A stretch of DNA of 49,900 nt from Desulfobacterales bacterium (GTDB lineage: Bacteria > Desulfobacterota > Desulfobacteria > Desulfobacterales > UBA11574): contig JAAXQD010000219.1 of assembly GCA_012974475.1 (NCBI GenBank), positions 1 to 49,900 on the forward strand, read 5' to 3'. A model generated the notes under the pieces. That model was not told where the DNA came from. It was given only the letters and a program-made list of their open reading frames with translations, and searched no databases. Positions 36,123 to 46,440 of the stretch are shown here, piece after piece (position 1 is the first letter of the stretch; each line of letters begins with the position of its first letter). The translations under genes and the position numbers were made by a program.

Positions 36123-36421
36123 TCTCCGGTGCCGGCCTTGCCGGCATAGGTGTGTGGCCCGATTCTCTTTTTTCTTTGCTGTGGATCTCTCCTTTAATCA
36201 TCATTATTTCACTTCAGGTTCTGATGGGAGAAGGGCATGTGCTGTCGGACATGCCCCATGGGAACTGGCGTCTGATAATATCTTCTGCAGCAGCGGCGCT
36301 TTTCTGCGGTGCATTCTGGGAAATGTGGAACTTCTACAGTCTGGCCAGGTGGGAATACAGCATTCCGAACAGAACATCTTTATATGACGCAACTGCACCA
36401 TCGTGTGGCTGGAAAACTTGA
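36119..36421 (+). CDS. Hypothetical membrane protein (possibly the 3' part of a split gene)
   Basis: 100 aa with hydrophobic helices (LFSLLWISPLIIIISLQVL, AAAALFCGAFWEMWNF). No recognised family. Confidence 0.35.
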   Translation: MISGAGLAGIGVWPDSLFSLLWISPLIIIISLQVLMGEGHVLSDMPHGNWRLIISSAAAALFCGAFWEMWNFYSLARWEYSIPNRTSLYDATAPSCGWKT

Positions 36422-36497
36422 GTCTAAATCTATTCAAGAAATCGTTCCCAAGTTTTTGCGTCATACTGCCATATATTGTTTTTTTTTATTGACACAC

Positions 36498-36511
36498 CCC
36501 AATATATTGGG
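36498..36511. promoter_or_regulatory. Perfect 14-bp palindrome CCCAATATATTGGG next to a TTGACA hexamer upstream of the GT4 gene
   Basis: Read directly. TTGACA lies at 36489-36494, and the palindrome starts 3 nt later. It is 107 nt upstream of the ATG at 36618. Confidence 0.35.
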
Positions 36512-36617
36512 ATAAAGGGCAATAAAATGATCGGAAAGAGATCATCCCAACATTCCAGACGCGAAAAACCCATTTATAACATCGACCGATGGGTGTTATT
36601 TTAGAAGGTAGTATACA

Positions 36618-37937
36618 ATGTCAAAGAACATCGGATTTATTTCAACCCGATTTGCAGGCACAGACGGCGTCACGTTGGAAGCGAGCAAGTGGGCTGAAGT
36701 CCTTAAAGAAAACGGACACAACTGTTTCTGGTTTGCCGGAAAACTGGATCGGGACCGTGATAAAAGCTTTCTCATCCCTGAAGCGCATTTTCAACACGAG
36801 CAGAATCGATGGATTAATGCCCAGGTTATCGGTCATAAAGGACGAAAACCGCCGGTAACCCAAGCCATTCACGATTTAAGGTCGCGGTTGAAAGTTCATC
36901 TCCATGAATTCATCGATGCCTTCAAGATAGACCTTCTGATTGCCGAGAATGTCCTCACCATACCCATGCACATCTCTTTGGGACTTGCATTGACGGAAAT
37001 CATTGCGGAAACCCAGATCCCCACCATATCTCACAATCATGATTTTTACTGGGAACGAGATCGTTTTTCAATAAATGCGGTAAATGATTACCTCCGCATG
37101 GCCTTTCCGCCCAATTTGTATAACATAAAGCATGTGGTAATAAATTCCAACGCCCAGGAACAGCTCGCACTCCGAACCGGAATTTCATCGACGATTATTC
37201 CCAATGTTCTCGACTTTGAGAACCCGCCGGGTATGGATGTCGATGGGACCCGTGTTTTCCGAGAATCTATCGGACTCAAACCGGATGACCGGATGATTTT
37301 ACAACCCACCCGAATTATTCAACGCAAAGGGATTGAGCATGCCATTGAATTGGTTAAAAAACTGAATGATCCCCGAAACAAACTGGTGGTATCTCACGAA
37401 GCAGGTGACGAAGGGTTTGAATACGTGGAATGGTTGAAAGAATATGCCTGCGAACATGGCGTTGGTCTTAGACTGATAACCACCAAAATCGCAGACCCCT
37501 GGGGCAACAATGGAAACGGCAAAGCGAAATATTCTCTCTGGGATGTCTATCCTTTTGCTGATTTTATTACATATCCCAGCCTGTATGAAGGATTCGGCAA
37601 TGCGTTTCTTGAAGCCATCTATTTCAAAAAACCCTTGCTGGTCAATCGATATGCAACGTTTGTCAAGGATATAGAACCCCAAGGGTTTGATCTGATTGCA
37701 ATGAACGGGTTTCTTTCCAGAAAAATCGTTCAAAGCGTGATAGAAATTCTGGAATCGCCTGAAAAAAAAGAAAAAATGACCAATTATAATTATAATGTTG
37801 CAGCCCGGCACTATTCTTATTCAATTCTCCGGACCCGCCTCAACGCTATTTTGAGCTACTTTTTTGGGGATTCTAAAAAACATATCTCTGACAACACCTC
37901 GTTTTTAAAACAAGAAGACGATACGCATCCATATTAG
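36618..37937 (+). CDS. GT-B fold glycosyltransferase (GT4-like)
   Basis: 439 aa. The C-terminal half has the GT4-type E-x7-E region (PSLYEGFGNAFLEAIYFKKP). Acceptor and donor are unknown. Confidence 0.7.
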   Translation: MSKNIGFISTRFAGTDGVTLEASKWAEVLKENGHNCFWFAGKLDRDRDKSFLIPEAHFQHEQNRWINAQVIGHKGRKPPVTQAIHDLRSRLKVHLHEFIDAFKIDLLIAENVLTIPMHISLGLALTEIIAETQIPTISHNHDFYWERDRFSINAVNDYLRMAFPPNLYNIKHVVINSNAQEQLALRTGISSTIIPNVLDFENPPGMDVDGTRVFRESIGLKPDDRMILQPTRIIQRKGIEHAIELVKKLNDPRNKLVVSHEAGDEGFEYVEWLKEYACEHGVGLRLITTKIADPWGNNGNGKAKYSLWDVYPFADFITYPSLYEGFGNAFLEAIYFKKPLLVNRYATFVKDIEPQGFDLIAMNGFLSRKIVQSVIEILESPEKKEKMTNYNYNVAARHYSYSILRTRLNAILSYFFGDSKKHISDNTSFLKQEDDTHPY

Positions 37938-38003
37938 TTTAGCGAAAAGAACGTCACAGCAATCTTACTGACGATCCCCCGCTGAATCGCGTCACGGCAC
38001 AAT

Positions 38004-39110
38004 CTATATTTTTGTCAGCTTATAGCTGCGGCGTCCAAGTCCGAGGCTTTCTGCATAATCCAGTTGAATGGTCCAGTCGACCTCGGGATAGACCCCTCTG
38101 AACTTATCTTCACCTTTTGCAGTATTGATCTCAAGGCATGATTCCGGAAGCGCCTGCTCCTGATTCACAAGATCTACGGACGCCTGGTCAATGGCAACCG
38201 CATCTTTTGAAGCGACAATACCGATGTCCCTAACGATAGGAGCATCATTGTGGCCGTAGCAGTCACACGCCGGTGATACCTGGGTAATGAAATTTACAAA
38301 CAACGTCTTATCTGTTTTATTCTTTAAGACACCCATGGTGTATTCCACCATATTCTCCAGAAACACCGGGATGGCTTGATTCCACTGAATCTCGATAGCG
38401 CTGTTGGGACAGATAAGAAGACATTCCCCGCACCCGATACACTTTTTGGCACTCAAGACCGCTTTTTCTTTTTCCAGTGAAAGGGCCTTCTGAGAGCAAT
38501 GACCGATACAGTCCCCACATCCGATACATTTTTTCTTCACCACCTTGGGCGCAACGGTTGAGTGTTGTGCCAGTTTGCCTCGACGTGAGGCGCACCCCAT
38601 CCCCAGATTTTTTATGGTTCCCCCAAAACCCGAAAGTTCATGCCCCTTGAAATGGGCCACCGATACCAGTGCATCGGCTTCGACGATATCGGATCCGATG
38701 TACACCTTTTTAAAATTTTTCTGATTGACGGCAACAGGCGTTTCGGTTTTGCCCCTTAAACCGTCGGCAATGACAATGGGAGCATCCACAACAGAATAGG
38801 CAAAACCGTTTTGGATGGCTGTGCTAAGATGATGCGGCGAGTCGCTTCGCGTCCCCGAATAAACCGTATTGGCATCGGTCAGGAACGGAAAGCCCCCGAC
38901 CCCTTTGATCGATTCCACAATCTTGCGGATAAATACGGGCCGGATAAATGCGGTGTTCCCCTTTTCTCCAAAATGAAGCTTCACCGCAACAAGATCTCTT
39001 TCCTTGATGGCTTCAGATAGGCCGGCGGTGACCAGAAGCCGTGCAAGCTTTTCAACGAGGCTTTCTTTGGCCGATGCCCTTAAATCGATAAAATAGACGT
39101 TGCTTTTCAT
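38004..39110 (-). CDS. DUF362-domain protein with 2x[4Fe-4S] ferredoxin insert
   Basis: The ATG at 39110 has a GGGAGGA SD. Contains CIGCGDCIGHC and CIGCGECLLICP. The N-terminus (VYFIDLRA...) is typical of DUF362. Confidence 0.75.
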   Translation of the reverse strand: MKSNVYFIDLRASAKESLVEKLARLLVTAGLSEAIKERDLVAVKLHFGEKGNTAFIRPVFIRKIVESIKGVGGFPFLTDANTVYSGTRSDSPHHLSTAIQNGFAYSVVDAPIVIADGLRGKTETPVAVNQKNFKKVYIGSDIVEADALVSVAHFKGHELSGFGGTIKNLGMGCASRRGKLAQHSTVAPKVVKKKCIGCGDCIGHCSQKALSLEKEKAVLSAKKCIGCGECLLICPNSAIEIQWNQAIPVFLENMVEYTMGVLKNKTDKTLFVNFITQVSPACDCYGHNDAPIVRDIGIVASKDAVAIDQASVDLVNQEQALPESCLEINTAKGEDKFRGVYPEVDWTIQLDYAESLGLGRRSYKLTKI

Positions 39111-39261
39111 GGAATCCTCCCTGTAAAATCTTTTCTCAAGAATGAATAGTGAGCTCACAAAAATATTTTTACGAGACTGCCCGGTTTGTTTTGAGAAAAA
39201 TTACTGACTGCCCTCAACAAAGTCAAGGTATTTAGGCAAAGAATCTCGCAAGAAAAGATAG

Positions 39262-39987
39262 ATGGATATGAATATAAAGTTAGCCGTTCTGGACCGGATT
39301 TACAGAATTTATGAGGATTTTTCCAGCGGTTTGGACATGGCCTGCAAAAAATATTGTGCCGAATGCTGCACTCCCAATGTCACCATGACAACCCTAGAAG
39401 CCTGTCTGATCGCCAACCACATGATTTCAAGCGGCCAGTCTGATTTGTTTGAGAATGTTCAAGCAACACGCTCCGAAAAACGTTTCAAGCCTCGAACCAC
39501 CACCAACCGTCTTGCCGATCTTTGTCACAAGGGAGAGGATCCGCCGGAAGAGGCGCACACTTATTTTAACGGAAGTTGTCCCCTGTTAACAGACAACCTG
39601 TGCCCCATTTACCCGGTCAGACCGTTTGGATGCAGATGTTTTGTTTCAAATCATGATTGCGGAAAAGAAGGTTATTCCGAAGTCGACCCCTTTGTGATAA
39701 CCGTGAACACGCTTTTTTTGCAATTTGTGGAACATGTCGACGCCATGGGTTTTTCCGGTAATTTTGCAGACGTTCTACTGTTATTGGCCTCCAAAGAGAA
39801 TCGAGATCATTACGAGATAAACACCCTGAAACATCCCGGGACCGGGTTTATCCCAAATCTTCAGATAACGGTTTTAATGATACCTCCGGAACACCGGATT
39901 AAAATAAAACCCCTCCTTGACGCGCTAATGCATATAAAAGGGCAGTTGGCCATGACACGGTATGATAGACACAATACCCCTGCTTGA
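39262..39987 (+). CDS. YkgJ/UPF0153-like Cys-rich protein (second paralogue in the window)
   Basis: Contains the CKKYCAECC (CxxxCxxCC) cluster and CPLLTDNLCPIYPVRPFGCRCF. Confidence 0.55.
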   Translation: MDMNIKLAVLDRIYRIYEDFSSGLDMACKKYCAECCTPNVTMTTLEACLIANHMISSGQSDLFENVQATRSEKRFKPRTTTNRLADLCHKGEDPPEEAHTYFNGSCPLLTDNLCPIYPVRPFGCRCFVSNHDCGKEGYSEVDPFVITVNTLFLQFVEHVDAMGFSGNFADVLLLLASKENRDHYEINTLKHPGTGFIPNLQITVLMIPPEHRIKIKPLLDALMHIKGQLAMTRYDRHNTPA

Positions 39988-40044
39988 CAAACAAACCGCT
40001 TTTATTTATATTCCTTTTGCCGCAAACGAATGGAGGTTTGAACC

Positions 40045-40428
40045 ATGTTTCAGACGGCCATAGAAGAAAAATATAACGATGGAGACATCATCTTTGAAGA
40101 AGGGAGTTCAGGGGACTGGATCTACGTGGTTGAATCGGGTGCGGTGGAGATTTCAAAAATAATGCACGGAGAGAAAGAGGTGCTGTTGGAGCTGGGGCCT
40201 GGCGAAATCATCGGAGAACTCGGCTTTATCACCAAAATGCCACGCACCGCTACAGCCAGAGCAGTCGGTGATACCACCGTCGGAATAATTGACCCGATTT
40301 CCTTTGAACAGGAATTCAATCGACTGTCCCCCGATTTTCAGGCGGTTCTGATCAGCCTGGCCACACGCCTCAAGGAGACAACCGAGGCCCTATACCTCAT
40401 GAAAAAAATCTCCGGCAAAAACCCGTAA
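40045..40428 (+). CDS. Stand-alone cyclic nucleotide-binding domain protein
   Basis: 127 aa. Beta-roll with a phosphate-binding cassette (GEIIGELGF...PRTATARA). GGAGG SD. No DNA-binding domain. Confidence 0.75.
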   Translation: MFQTAIEEKYNDGDIIFEEGSSGDWIYVVESGAVEISKIMHGEKEVLLELGPGEIIGELGFITKMPRTATARAVGDTTVGIIDPISFEQEFNRLSPDFQAVLISLATRLKETTEALYLMKKISGKNP

Positions 40429-40568
40429 TATAATTTTTGTCACCGACATTTCACTTGCCGCTCATCTACCGATGATTTCTTATAAAATATTCGTACCGGT
40501 GTTGACTTGACGCCGCCCTTTTGGTATCGCAACGGGGATCAAAAATCCACTTAAAGGAATTATGACTT

Positions 40569-40985
40569 ATGGAAAGAACATTATCTATCATCAAACCCGA
40601 TGGCGTTGCCCGAGGAATCATCGGTGAGGTTATTAAACGATTGGAAATCAATCATCTAAAAATCGTTGCCATGAAAATGATGAAAATGGATACCGCACAG
40701 GCGCAAGGTTTTTATTCGGTGCACAAAGAACGACCATTTTTTGACAGCCTGACACATTTCATGACTTCCGGACCGGTGGTGGTCATGGTCCTTGAAGGTG
40801 AAAACGCCATCACGAAATACCGTGAAATTATGGGCGCCACCGATTACAGGGAAGCGGCGGAAGGTACTATTCGAAAAGATTTTGCAACAGATATTGAGAA
40901 AAATGTGGTCCACGGTTCAGATTCACCCGAAACCGCTGCATTTGAAATCGGCTACTTCTTCAATAGATTTGAACTCATCGTCTGA
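40569..40985 (+). CDS. ndk: Nucleoside diphosphate kinase
   Basis: 138 aa. Contains [13 protein letters not shown] and the active-site segment NVVHGSDS. Confidence 0.95.
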   Translation: MERTLSIIKPDGVARGIIGEVIKRLEINHLKIVAMKMMKMDTAQAQGFYSVHKERPFFDSLTHFMTSGPVVVMVLEGENAITKYREIMGATDYREAAEGTIRKDFATDIEKNVVHGSDSPETAAFEIGYFFNRFELIV

Positions 40986-41749
40986 TGACCGACAGCGTCA
41001 ATTTAAGTAATATCAGCATCGTGCTGATGCAGCCCCGATATTCTGAAAACATCGGGGCTGCCGCGCGTGCCATGCGCAATATGGGTATCCACCACCTTGT
41101 GATCGTCGATCCCCAAAACTTTGACCTGTACAACGCCCTGAAACTGGCCACCCATTTTGCGGCAGACATTGTTGAAAGAATTAGCGTCTGTGAAGATTTG
41201 AAAGATGCCCTTGCGCCTTTTAACTACGTTGTCGGGGCTACGGCAAGGCTGGGGAAGCAGCGAACGCTTATCCATACGCCTTCGAACCTGGCGCAAAATC
41301 TAATTCCCATTTCCATTGAAAACCGTATTGCCATACTCTTTGGCCCCGAAGACAAAGGGCTTTCCAACGAGGATCTCCGGTATTGCCAGGCGCTGGTAAA
41401 TATCCCCACAACTGAGTTTTCTTCTCTAAATCTGGCACAGGCGGTCATGATTATGTGTTATGAAATCTTTATCGCCGGTCTCGAGACAAACGAACAATTT
41501 ACACCGAGGCTTGCCAGCCGGCATGAGCTTGACGGGATGTACGATCAACTCAAAGACATACTGGTCAGGATCAGTTATATTAATGCTGAAAATCCGGATT
41601 ACTGGATGAATAATTTCCGCCGTTTTTTTACCCGTCTGAAATTACGGGCGAAAGAGGTCAACATCATCCGCGGCCTGTGCCGGCAAGTGGACTGGTATGG
41701 GAAAAAGTGCTATAAAGACGGAAAGAAAAACAACCCGGATATCTCGTGA
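40985..41749 (+). CDS. trmJ: SpoU/TrmH-family RNA 2'-O-methyltransferase (TrmJ-like)
   Basis: TGATG overlap with ndk. Contains ENIGAAARAMRNMG, ILFGPEDKGLSNE and NIPT...SLNLAQAV motifs. Confidence 0.7.
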   Translation: MTDSVNLSNISIVLMQPRYSENIGAAARAMRNMGIHHLVIVDPQNFDLYNALKLATHFAADIVERISVCEDLKDALAPFNYVVGATARLGKQRTLIHTPSNLAQNLIPISIENRIAILFGPEDKGLSNEDLRYCQALVNIPTTEFSSLNLAQAVMIMCYEIFIAGLETNEQFTPRLASRHELDGMYDQLKDILVRISYINAENPDYWMNNFRRFFTRLKLRAKEVNIIRGLCRQVDWYGKKCYKDGKKNNPDIS

Positions 41750-41775
41750 ATATCCGGGATAAGGAGTCTTGATTG

Positions 41776-42612
41776 ATGAAACTTGTCAGATTTGGTCAAA
41801 AGGGAAATGAAAAACCGGGGCTGTGGAGAGACGGCAAAATCGTCGACCTTAGAAAAATTTTCCCCGACATTCCGGATATCGGCGAAGCATTTTTCAGAGA
41901 GAACTGGCTTGAAACAGTTGCCGATGTCAATGACCCCGGTCAAAACATCCACGCGCGAATCGCGTGCCCGATTCATGCGCCTTCTAAAATCATCTGCCTT
42001 GGGAAAAACTATATGGAGCATGCCAAAGAAGGGGGGTTCGATCAACCGGAAACACCGCTGTTATTCTGTAAAACACCGAACACCTTGAATGGTCCTTTTG
42101 ACGCCATCATCCTTCCTAAAAGCAGTGGACAGATTGACTGGGAGGTGGAACTGGCGGTGATCATCGGAAAAGAAGGGAAAAGAATATCTAAAGCAGACGC
42201 CCTCGATTATGTCGCAGGATTTACCGTAATGAATGATGTCTCGGGAAGGGAAGCCCAGTTCTCCGATTCCCAGTGGTTCAGAGGGAAATCCTTTGACGGT
42301 TTTGCACCTGCGGGCCCTGTGATGGTTACCCCCGACGAGATCGGCGATCTGAACAATCTGAGGCTTACCGCAAAAGTTGACGGGAAAATTATGCAAGATG
42401 GGAACACCCGGGATATGATCTTCGACATACCCACCATCATAGAAAATATCAGCGAAGACATCACCCTTATTCCCGGTGATATCATCTCAACCGGAACACC
42501 TGCCGGTGTTGGAATATTCAGAGATCCACCGGTGGTATTAAGGCCGGGAAACGTGGTCGAGTGCACCGTCGAAAAGATCGGTACCATCATCAATACCGTG
42601 GTCACCGCCTAA
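41776..42612 (+). CDS. Fumarylacetoacetate hydrolase (FAH) family protein
   Basis: ATG at 41776 with an AAGGAG SD. Contains IICLGKNY..H, EVELAVIIGK and GDIISTGTPAGVG. Confidence 0.85.
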   Translation: MKLVRFGQKGNEKPGLWRDGKIVDLRKIFPDIPDIGEAFFRENWLETVADVNDPGQNIHARIACPIHAPSKIICLGKNYMEHAKEGGFDQPETPLLFCKTPNTLNGPFDAIILPKSSGQIDWEVELAVIIGKEGKRISKADALDYVAGFTVMNDVSGREAQFSDSQWFRGKSFDGFAPAGPVMVTPDEIGDLNNLRLTAKVDGKIMQDGNTRDMIFDIPTIIENISEDITLIPGDIISTGTPAGVGIFRDPPVVLRPGNVVECTVEKIGTIINTVVTA

Positions 42613-42641
42613 CAGATTACAGTTTAACTCAAAGCTTAAAA

Positions 42642-43166
42642 TCAGTATTTGGAATCCGCGTAATCGACCCAGCCGCCGGTCGTTATCAGGGCGCGATCAA
42701 AGTTTGAAATCGAAAACGGTATTTCCGCATGCTGACCGTCGGCGGTGATGGTAAATACACCTTTATCCAGATCTGTTTCAAGATAGGTTTCCCTGTGGGC
42801 GAAATCTTTGAAGATACCGTCGATGGTCCGGGCCGGAAGTTCTACCGCCATCATTCCGCAATTAAACATATTCTGTCTGAAAATTCTGGCAAAGCTTTCA
42901 GCAATGACCAGATGGATGTTGTTGACTTCAATGGCCCATGGCGCATGCTCTCTTGAAGAGCCGCATCCAAAATTGGCCCGGGTGATAATTATATTTTTAT
43001 CTTCTACATCGCGTCTGGCGTTGAATCCTTCCAGCCAGATATCCTCTAAAAAATAAGGCTTCAATGCCTGCTTGGAATTTTCTGTAAGGTATTTTGCCGG
43101 AATGATCTCGTCGGTATTGATATCGGACCGGTCTAGAAAGAGTACGTTTCCACTAAAATTTTTCAT
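42642..43166 (-). CDS. leuD: 3-isopropylmalate (or homologous) dehydratase small subunit
   Basis: 174 aa. Contains the NFGCGSSREHAPWA motif. It lies 2 nt downstream of the large subunit. Confidence 0.8.
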   Translation of the reverse strand: MKNFSGNVLFLDRSDINTDEIIPAKYLTENSKQALKPYFLEDIWLEGFNARRDVEDKNIIITRANFGCGSSREHAPWAIEVNNIHLVIAESFARIFRQNMFNCGMMAVELPARTIDGIFKDFAHRETYLETDLDKGVFTITADGQHAEIPFSISNFDRALITTGGWVDYADSKY

Positions 43167-43168
43167 CT

Positions 43169-44455
43169 TTACCCCTTATAAAGCTCGGAATTGGCAATGA
43201 AACCTGAAATGGCTGTGGCTGCTGCCGTTGCAGGGCTTACCAGGTGCACCATGCCGCCTTTGCCCATACGTCCGTTGAAATTTCTGTTTGTTGTGGATGC
43301 GCAGACTTCGCCTTCGGCCAGGACGCCGTTGCTCATGCCCAGACACGCGCCACAGGTGGGATTGGTGACACAGAATCCGGCATCCAGAAATATTTTCAAA
43401 ACCCCTTCCGCCATGGCCTGCCGGTAAACCTGGGTTGTGGCCGGCGATACGACACCCCGCACGGAATCGCTAATTTTTTTCCCCCTGAGCACCTGTGCGA
43501 CAACCCGGAGGTCTTCGATTCGTCCATTGGTACATGATCCAATGTAGACCTGATCGACCTGTATGGATTCCATCTCCCGGACGGGCTTGACCTGATCGGG
43601 CTTGTATCCATAGGTTACCAGCGGTTCAAGACTGCTGACATCATGTTCAATCACCCGGTCGTATTGGGCGTCGGCATCTGACAAAAACCTGCCGGCGTCC
43701 TCGAGGGCTTCTTCTTTAGAGGCATATTCGTCTTTGATAAAGTCCCATAAATATTCGATGGTGACCCTATCCGGGCTGCAAATTCCGGAAGTTCCCCCGG
43801 CTTCAATCGCCATATTGCAGAGGGTCATTCTCGATTCCATGCTCATGGCATCGATAACCGGACCCGTGAATTCAATAACTTTGTTGGTGGCACCATTAAC
43901 ACCCAAAAGACGGATGACCGAAAGGATCACATCCTTGGCGTAAACACCTTCAGGCAAGGGGCCGCTGATGTTAATTTTGATGGTCGACGGATAGCGAAAG
44001 GCGCAAACGCCCTTCAGAATTCCAACTTCCAGATCCGTTGTCCCGACGCCGGCGGCAAATGCGCCGAACGCGCCGTGGGTACACGTATGAGAATCCCCCA
44101 TGATCACCGTAGACCCAGGGCGAACAAATCCCTTTTCAGGGAAGATAGCATGGCAGACTCCATTCCTGCCGATATCGAAAAAATCCCGGATATTGTGTCG
44201 TCGGGACCACTCCCTGAGGATTTTACCCTGCATGGCGGTTTTTGAGTCTTTTGCGGGCGATACGTGATCGATGACAACCTTGATTTTGTCAGGATCGAAC
44301 ACCCGGTCTTTACCGCGGTTGACCAGGTCGTGGATCGCCAGCGGGGTTGTTATTTCATGACAAAATACGGCATCCAGCCGGATCACATGAATATCATCGG
44401 CAGGATTGTCGACACTGTGTGCATCGAATATTTTTTCAGCAATGGTTTTTCCCAT
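43169..44455 (-). CDS. leuC: 3-isopropylmalate (or homologous) dehydratase large subunit, short archaeal-type form
   Basis: 428 aa aconitase-family protein. Contains DHVSP, GDSHT, IGSCTNGR and CGACLG cluster ligands. Confidence 0.85.
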   Translation of the reverse strand: MGKTIAEKIFDAHSVDNPADDIHVIRLDAVFCHEITTPLAIHDLVNRGKDRVFDPDKIKVVIDHVSPAKDSKTAMQGKILREWSRRHNIRDFFDIGRNGVCHAIFPEKGFVRPGSTVIMGDSHTCTHGAFGAFAAGVGTTDLEVGILKGVCAFRYPSTIKINISGPLPEGVYAKDVILSVIRLLGVNGATNKVIEFTGPVIDAMSMESRMTLCNMAIEAGGTSGICSPDRVTIEYLWDFIKDEYASKEEALEDAGRFLSDADAQYDRVIEHDVSSLEPLVTYGYKPDQVKPVREMESIQVDQVYIGSCTNGRIEDLRVVAQVLRGKKISDSVRGVVSPATTQVYRQAMAEGVLKIFLDAGFCVTNPTCGACLGMSNGVLAEGEVCASTTNRNFNGRMGKGGMVHLVSPATAAATAISGFIANSELYKG

Positions 44456-44570
44456 GTTTTCCCCTTTTGTATCATTTCAGTTTTTGAAAACGACGGCACC
44501 AACACGGCATTCTGTCAGTTATTATTTCCGTCGCCATGGTCGTTCAAAATGGTTAAATGGATACGCCGGT

Positions 44571-46376
44571 TTAATCGGTATCCGTCTTTAACACCGATAA
44601 AAAAGCCGACTGGGGGATCATGACCTGACCCACCATTTTCATCCGTTTTTTCCCTTTTTTCTGTTTTTCCAGGAGTTTGCGTTTTCGTGATACATCACCA
44701 CCATAACATTTTGCGGTCACATCCTTTCTGAACGGTGAAATTGTCTTCCGGGCGATAATATTCCCGCCGATAGCCCCTTGAATGGCTATTTTGAACATCT
44801 GTCTCGGAATTTCGTCCCGGAGTCTTTCGCAGACACTCCTTGCCCGATCATCCGCCCTGTCTCGATGAACAAGCTGGGACAGCGCATCGACACGCTCACC
44901 GTTGATCAGAATATCCGTCTTGACAAGATCCGTCTCTCTAAAATCTATGACGTCGTAGTCGAAAGATCCGTACCCCTGGGTAACGGACTTGAGTTTGTCG
45001 TAAAAATCGTAAACCACTTCAGCAAGAGGGAGTTCAAATATCATCTCCAGGCGCCGATCGGTCAAATACTGATAATTCTTGTTAACACCCCGGTTATCCA
45101 GACAAAGCTTCATGACGGCGCCCATATAACGGTCCGGAACGATGATAGAGGCACGTATAAACGGTTCTTTGGTACGCTCAATCGTTGTGGGATCCGGATA
45201 TAAGGCAGGGTTGTCGATGATCATCGTAGACCCGTCATTCATAATCAGTTTGTATTGGACTGAAGGCGCAGTCAGGATCAGTGAAAGGTTATATTCCCGC
45301 TCAAGCCGTTCCTGAACAACTTCAAGATGAAGGAGCCCCAGAAAGCCGCAACGGAATCCAAAACCCAAGGCCACAGACGTATCTTTCTCATATATCAGGG
45401 AAGCATCGTTGAGCTTGAGCTTTTCAAGGCCGGCGGCCAGTTCCTCATAACCGTCTGAAGCAACCGGATAAATCGAAGAAAAAACAACCGGTTTTGCTTC
45501 TTTGAATCCAGGCATGGACGTTTTGCAAGGACGGTCTTTTAATGTAATGGTATCTCCGCAACGGGTATCGCTGACCGTCTTTATGCCGGCAATGATATAG
45601 CCGACCTGACCCGCTGAAATCTCTTGCCGGGGTATACGGCCAATCTGAAATATCCCCACCTCCTCAACCTTATAGGCCACATTATTCGACATAAATTTAA
45701 TGATATCTTTCGGCTTTACGCGTCCCTGAAAAACGCGAATATGAACAATGGTGCCCCGAAAAGCATCGTAGTGGGAATCAAAAATCAATGCCTTGAGCGG
45801 TGCTTCGGGATCTCCTGACGGCGGTGGGAGATAATTCACGATGGCTTCAAGTACATCATCGATGCCGATACCTTCTTTGGCAGATGTCAGTATGGCAGTT
45901 TCAGGGTCAAGACCAAGATCCTCTTTTATCTGAGCTTTTGCCCGGTCGATATCGGCCGACGGCAGATCTATTTTGTTGATCACCGGAATAATTTCAAGGT
46001 CATGCTCAAGGGCCAGGTACAGATTCGCAAGGGTCTGGGCTTCTACGCCCTGGCTCGCATCGACCAGAAGCAGCGCCCCTTCACAGGATGCAAGTGCCCT
46101 GGAGACTTCATAAGAAAAATCTACGTGCCCGGGCGTATCAATAAGATTCAAGGAATAGGTCTGATTGTTTTCGGCTTTATACGGCAGGCAGATGGTCTGA
46201 CTTTTTATGGTAATTCCACGCTCCCTTTCAATGTCCATGTTGTCGAGAATCTGATCTTTAAAATCCCGATCAAGGACAACATGGGTCATCTGAATCAGAC
46301 GGTCGGAAAGTGTCGATTTGCCATGATCGATATGAGCTATAATGCTGAAATTTCTAATATTTTTCATTTTGTCCAT
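44571..46376 (-). CDS. lepA: Translation elongation factor 4 (LepA)
   Basis: 601 aa. Contains AHIDHGKST, DTPGH and NKID GTPase motifs, plus a LepA-specific C-terminal domain. Confidence 0.95.
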   Translation of the reverse strand: MDKMKNIRNFSIIAHIDHGKSTLSDRLIQMTHVVLDRDFKDQILDNMDIERERGITIKSQTICLPYKAENNQTYSLNLIDTPGHVDFSYEVSRALASCEGALLLVDASQGVEAQTLANLYLALEHDLEIIPVINKIDLPSADIDRAKAQIKEDLGLDPETAILTSAKEGIGIDDVLEAIVNYLPPPSGDPEAPLKALIFDSHYDAFRGTIVHIRVFQGRVKPKDIIKFMSNNVAYKVEEVGIFQIGRIPRQEISAGQVGYIIAGIKTVSDTRCGDTITLKDRPCKTSMPGFKEAKPVVFSSIYPVASDGYEELAAGLEKLKLNDASLIYEKDTSVALGFGFRCGFLGLLHLEVVQERLEREYNLSLILTAPSVQYKLIMNDGSTMIIDNPALYPDPTTIERTKEPFIRASIIVPDRYMGAVMKLCLDNRGVNKNYQYLTDRRLEMIFELPLAEVVYDFYDKLKSVTQGYGSFDYDVIDFRETDLVKTDILINGERVDALSQLVHRDRADDRARSVCERLRDEIPRQMFKIAIQGAIGGNIIARKTISPFRKDVTAKCYGGDVSRKRKLLEKQKKGKKRMKMVGQVMIPQSAFLSVLKTDTD

Positions 46377-46411
46377 GAATTCATTTTAACCAAAAAAACG
46401 GTAAAAGTCTG

Positions 46412-46440
46412 TTGACACCGCCAGCCTTTCAAGTTATATT
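46412..46440 (+). promoter_or_regulatory. Near-consensus sigma70 promoter for the receiver-GGDEF gene
   Basis: TTGACA (46412-46417), a 17-nt spacer, then TATATT (46435-46440). It would give a leader of about 150 nt before the ATG at 46598. Confidence 0.5.

Noticed and set aside
37299-37811. 170-aa minus-strand ORF inside the GT4 gene
   Set aside because: A shadow ORF, Phe/Ile-rich from the complement of a Lys/Glu-rich coding strand.
39149-39158. Perfect 10-bp palindrome GTGAGCTCAC between DUF362 and the second YkgJ-like gene
   Set aside because: It is short enough to occur by chance, and it contains a SacI-type hexamer. No supporting context.
44485-44544. Imperfect long-range hairpin (AACGAC...GTCGTT) after lepA, upstream of leuC
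   Set aside because: The stem is interrupted, the loop is large and the T-run is only 4 nt. This is not convincing as a terminator or leu attenuator, and there is no Leu-rich leader peptide.
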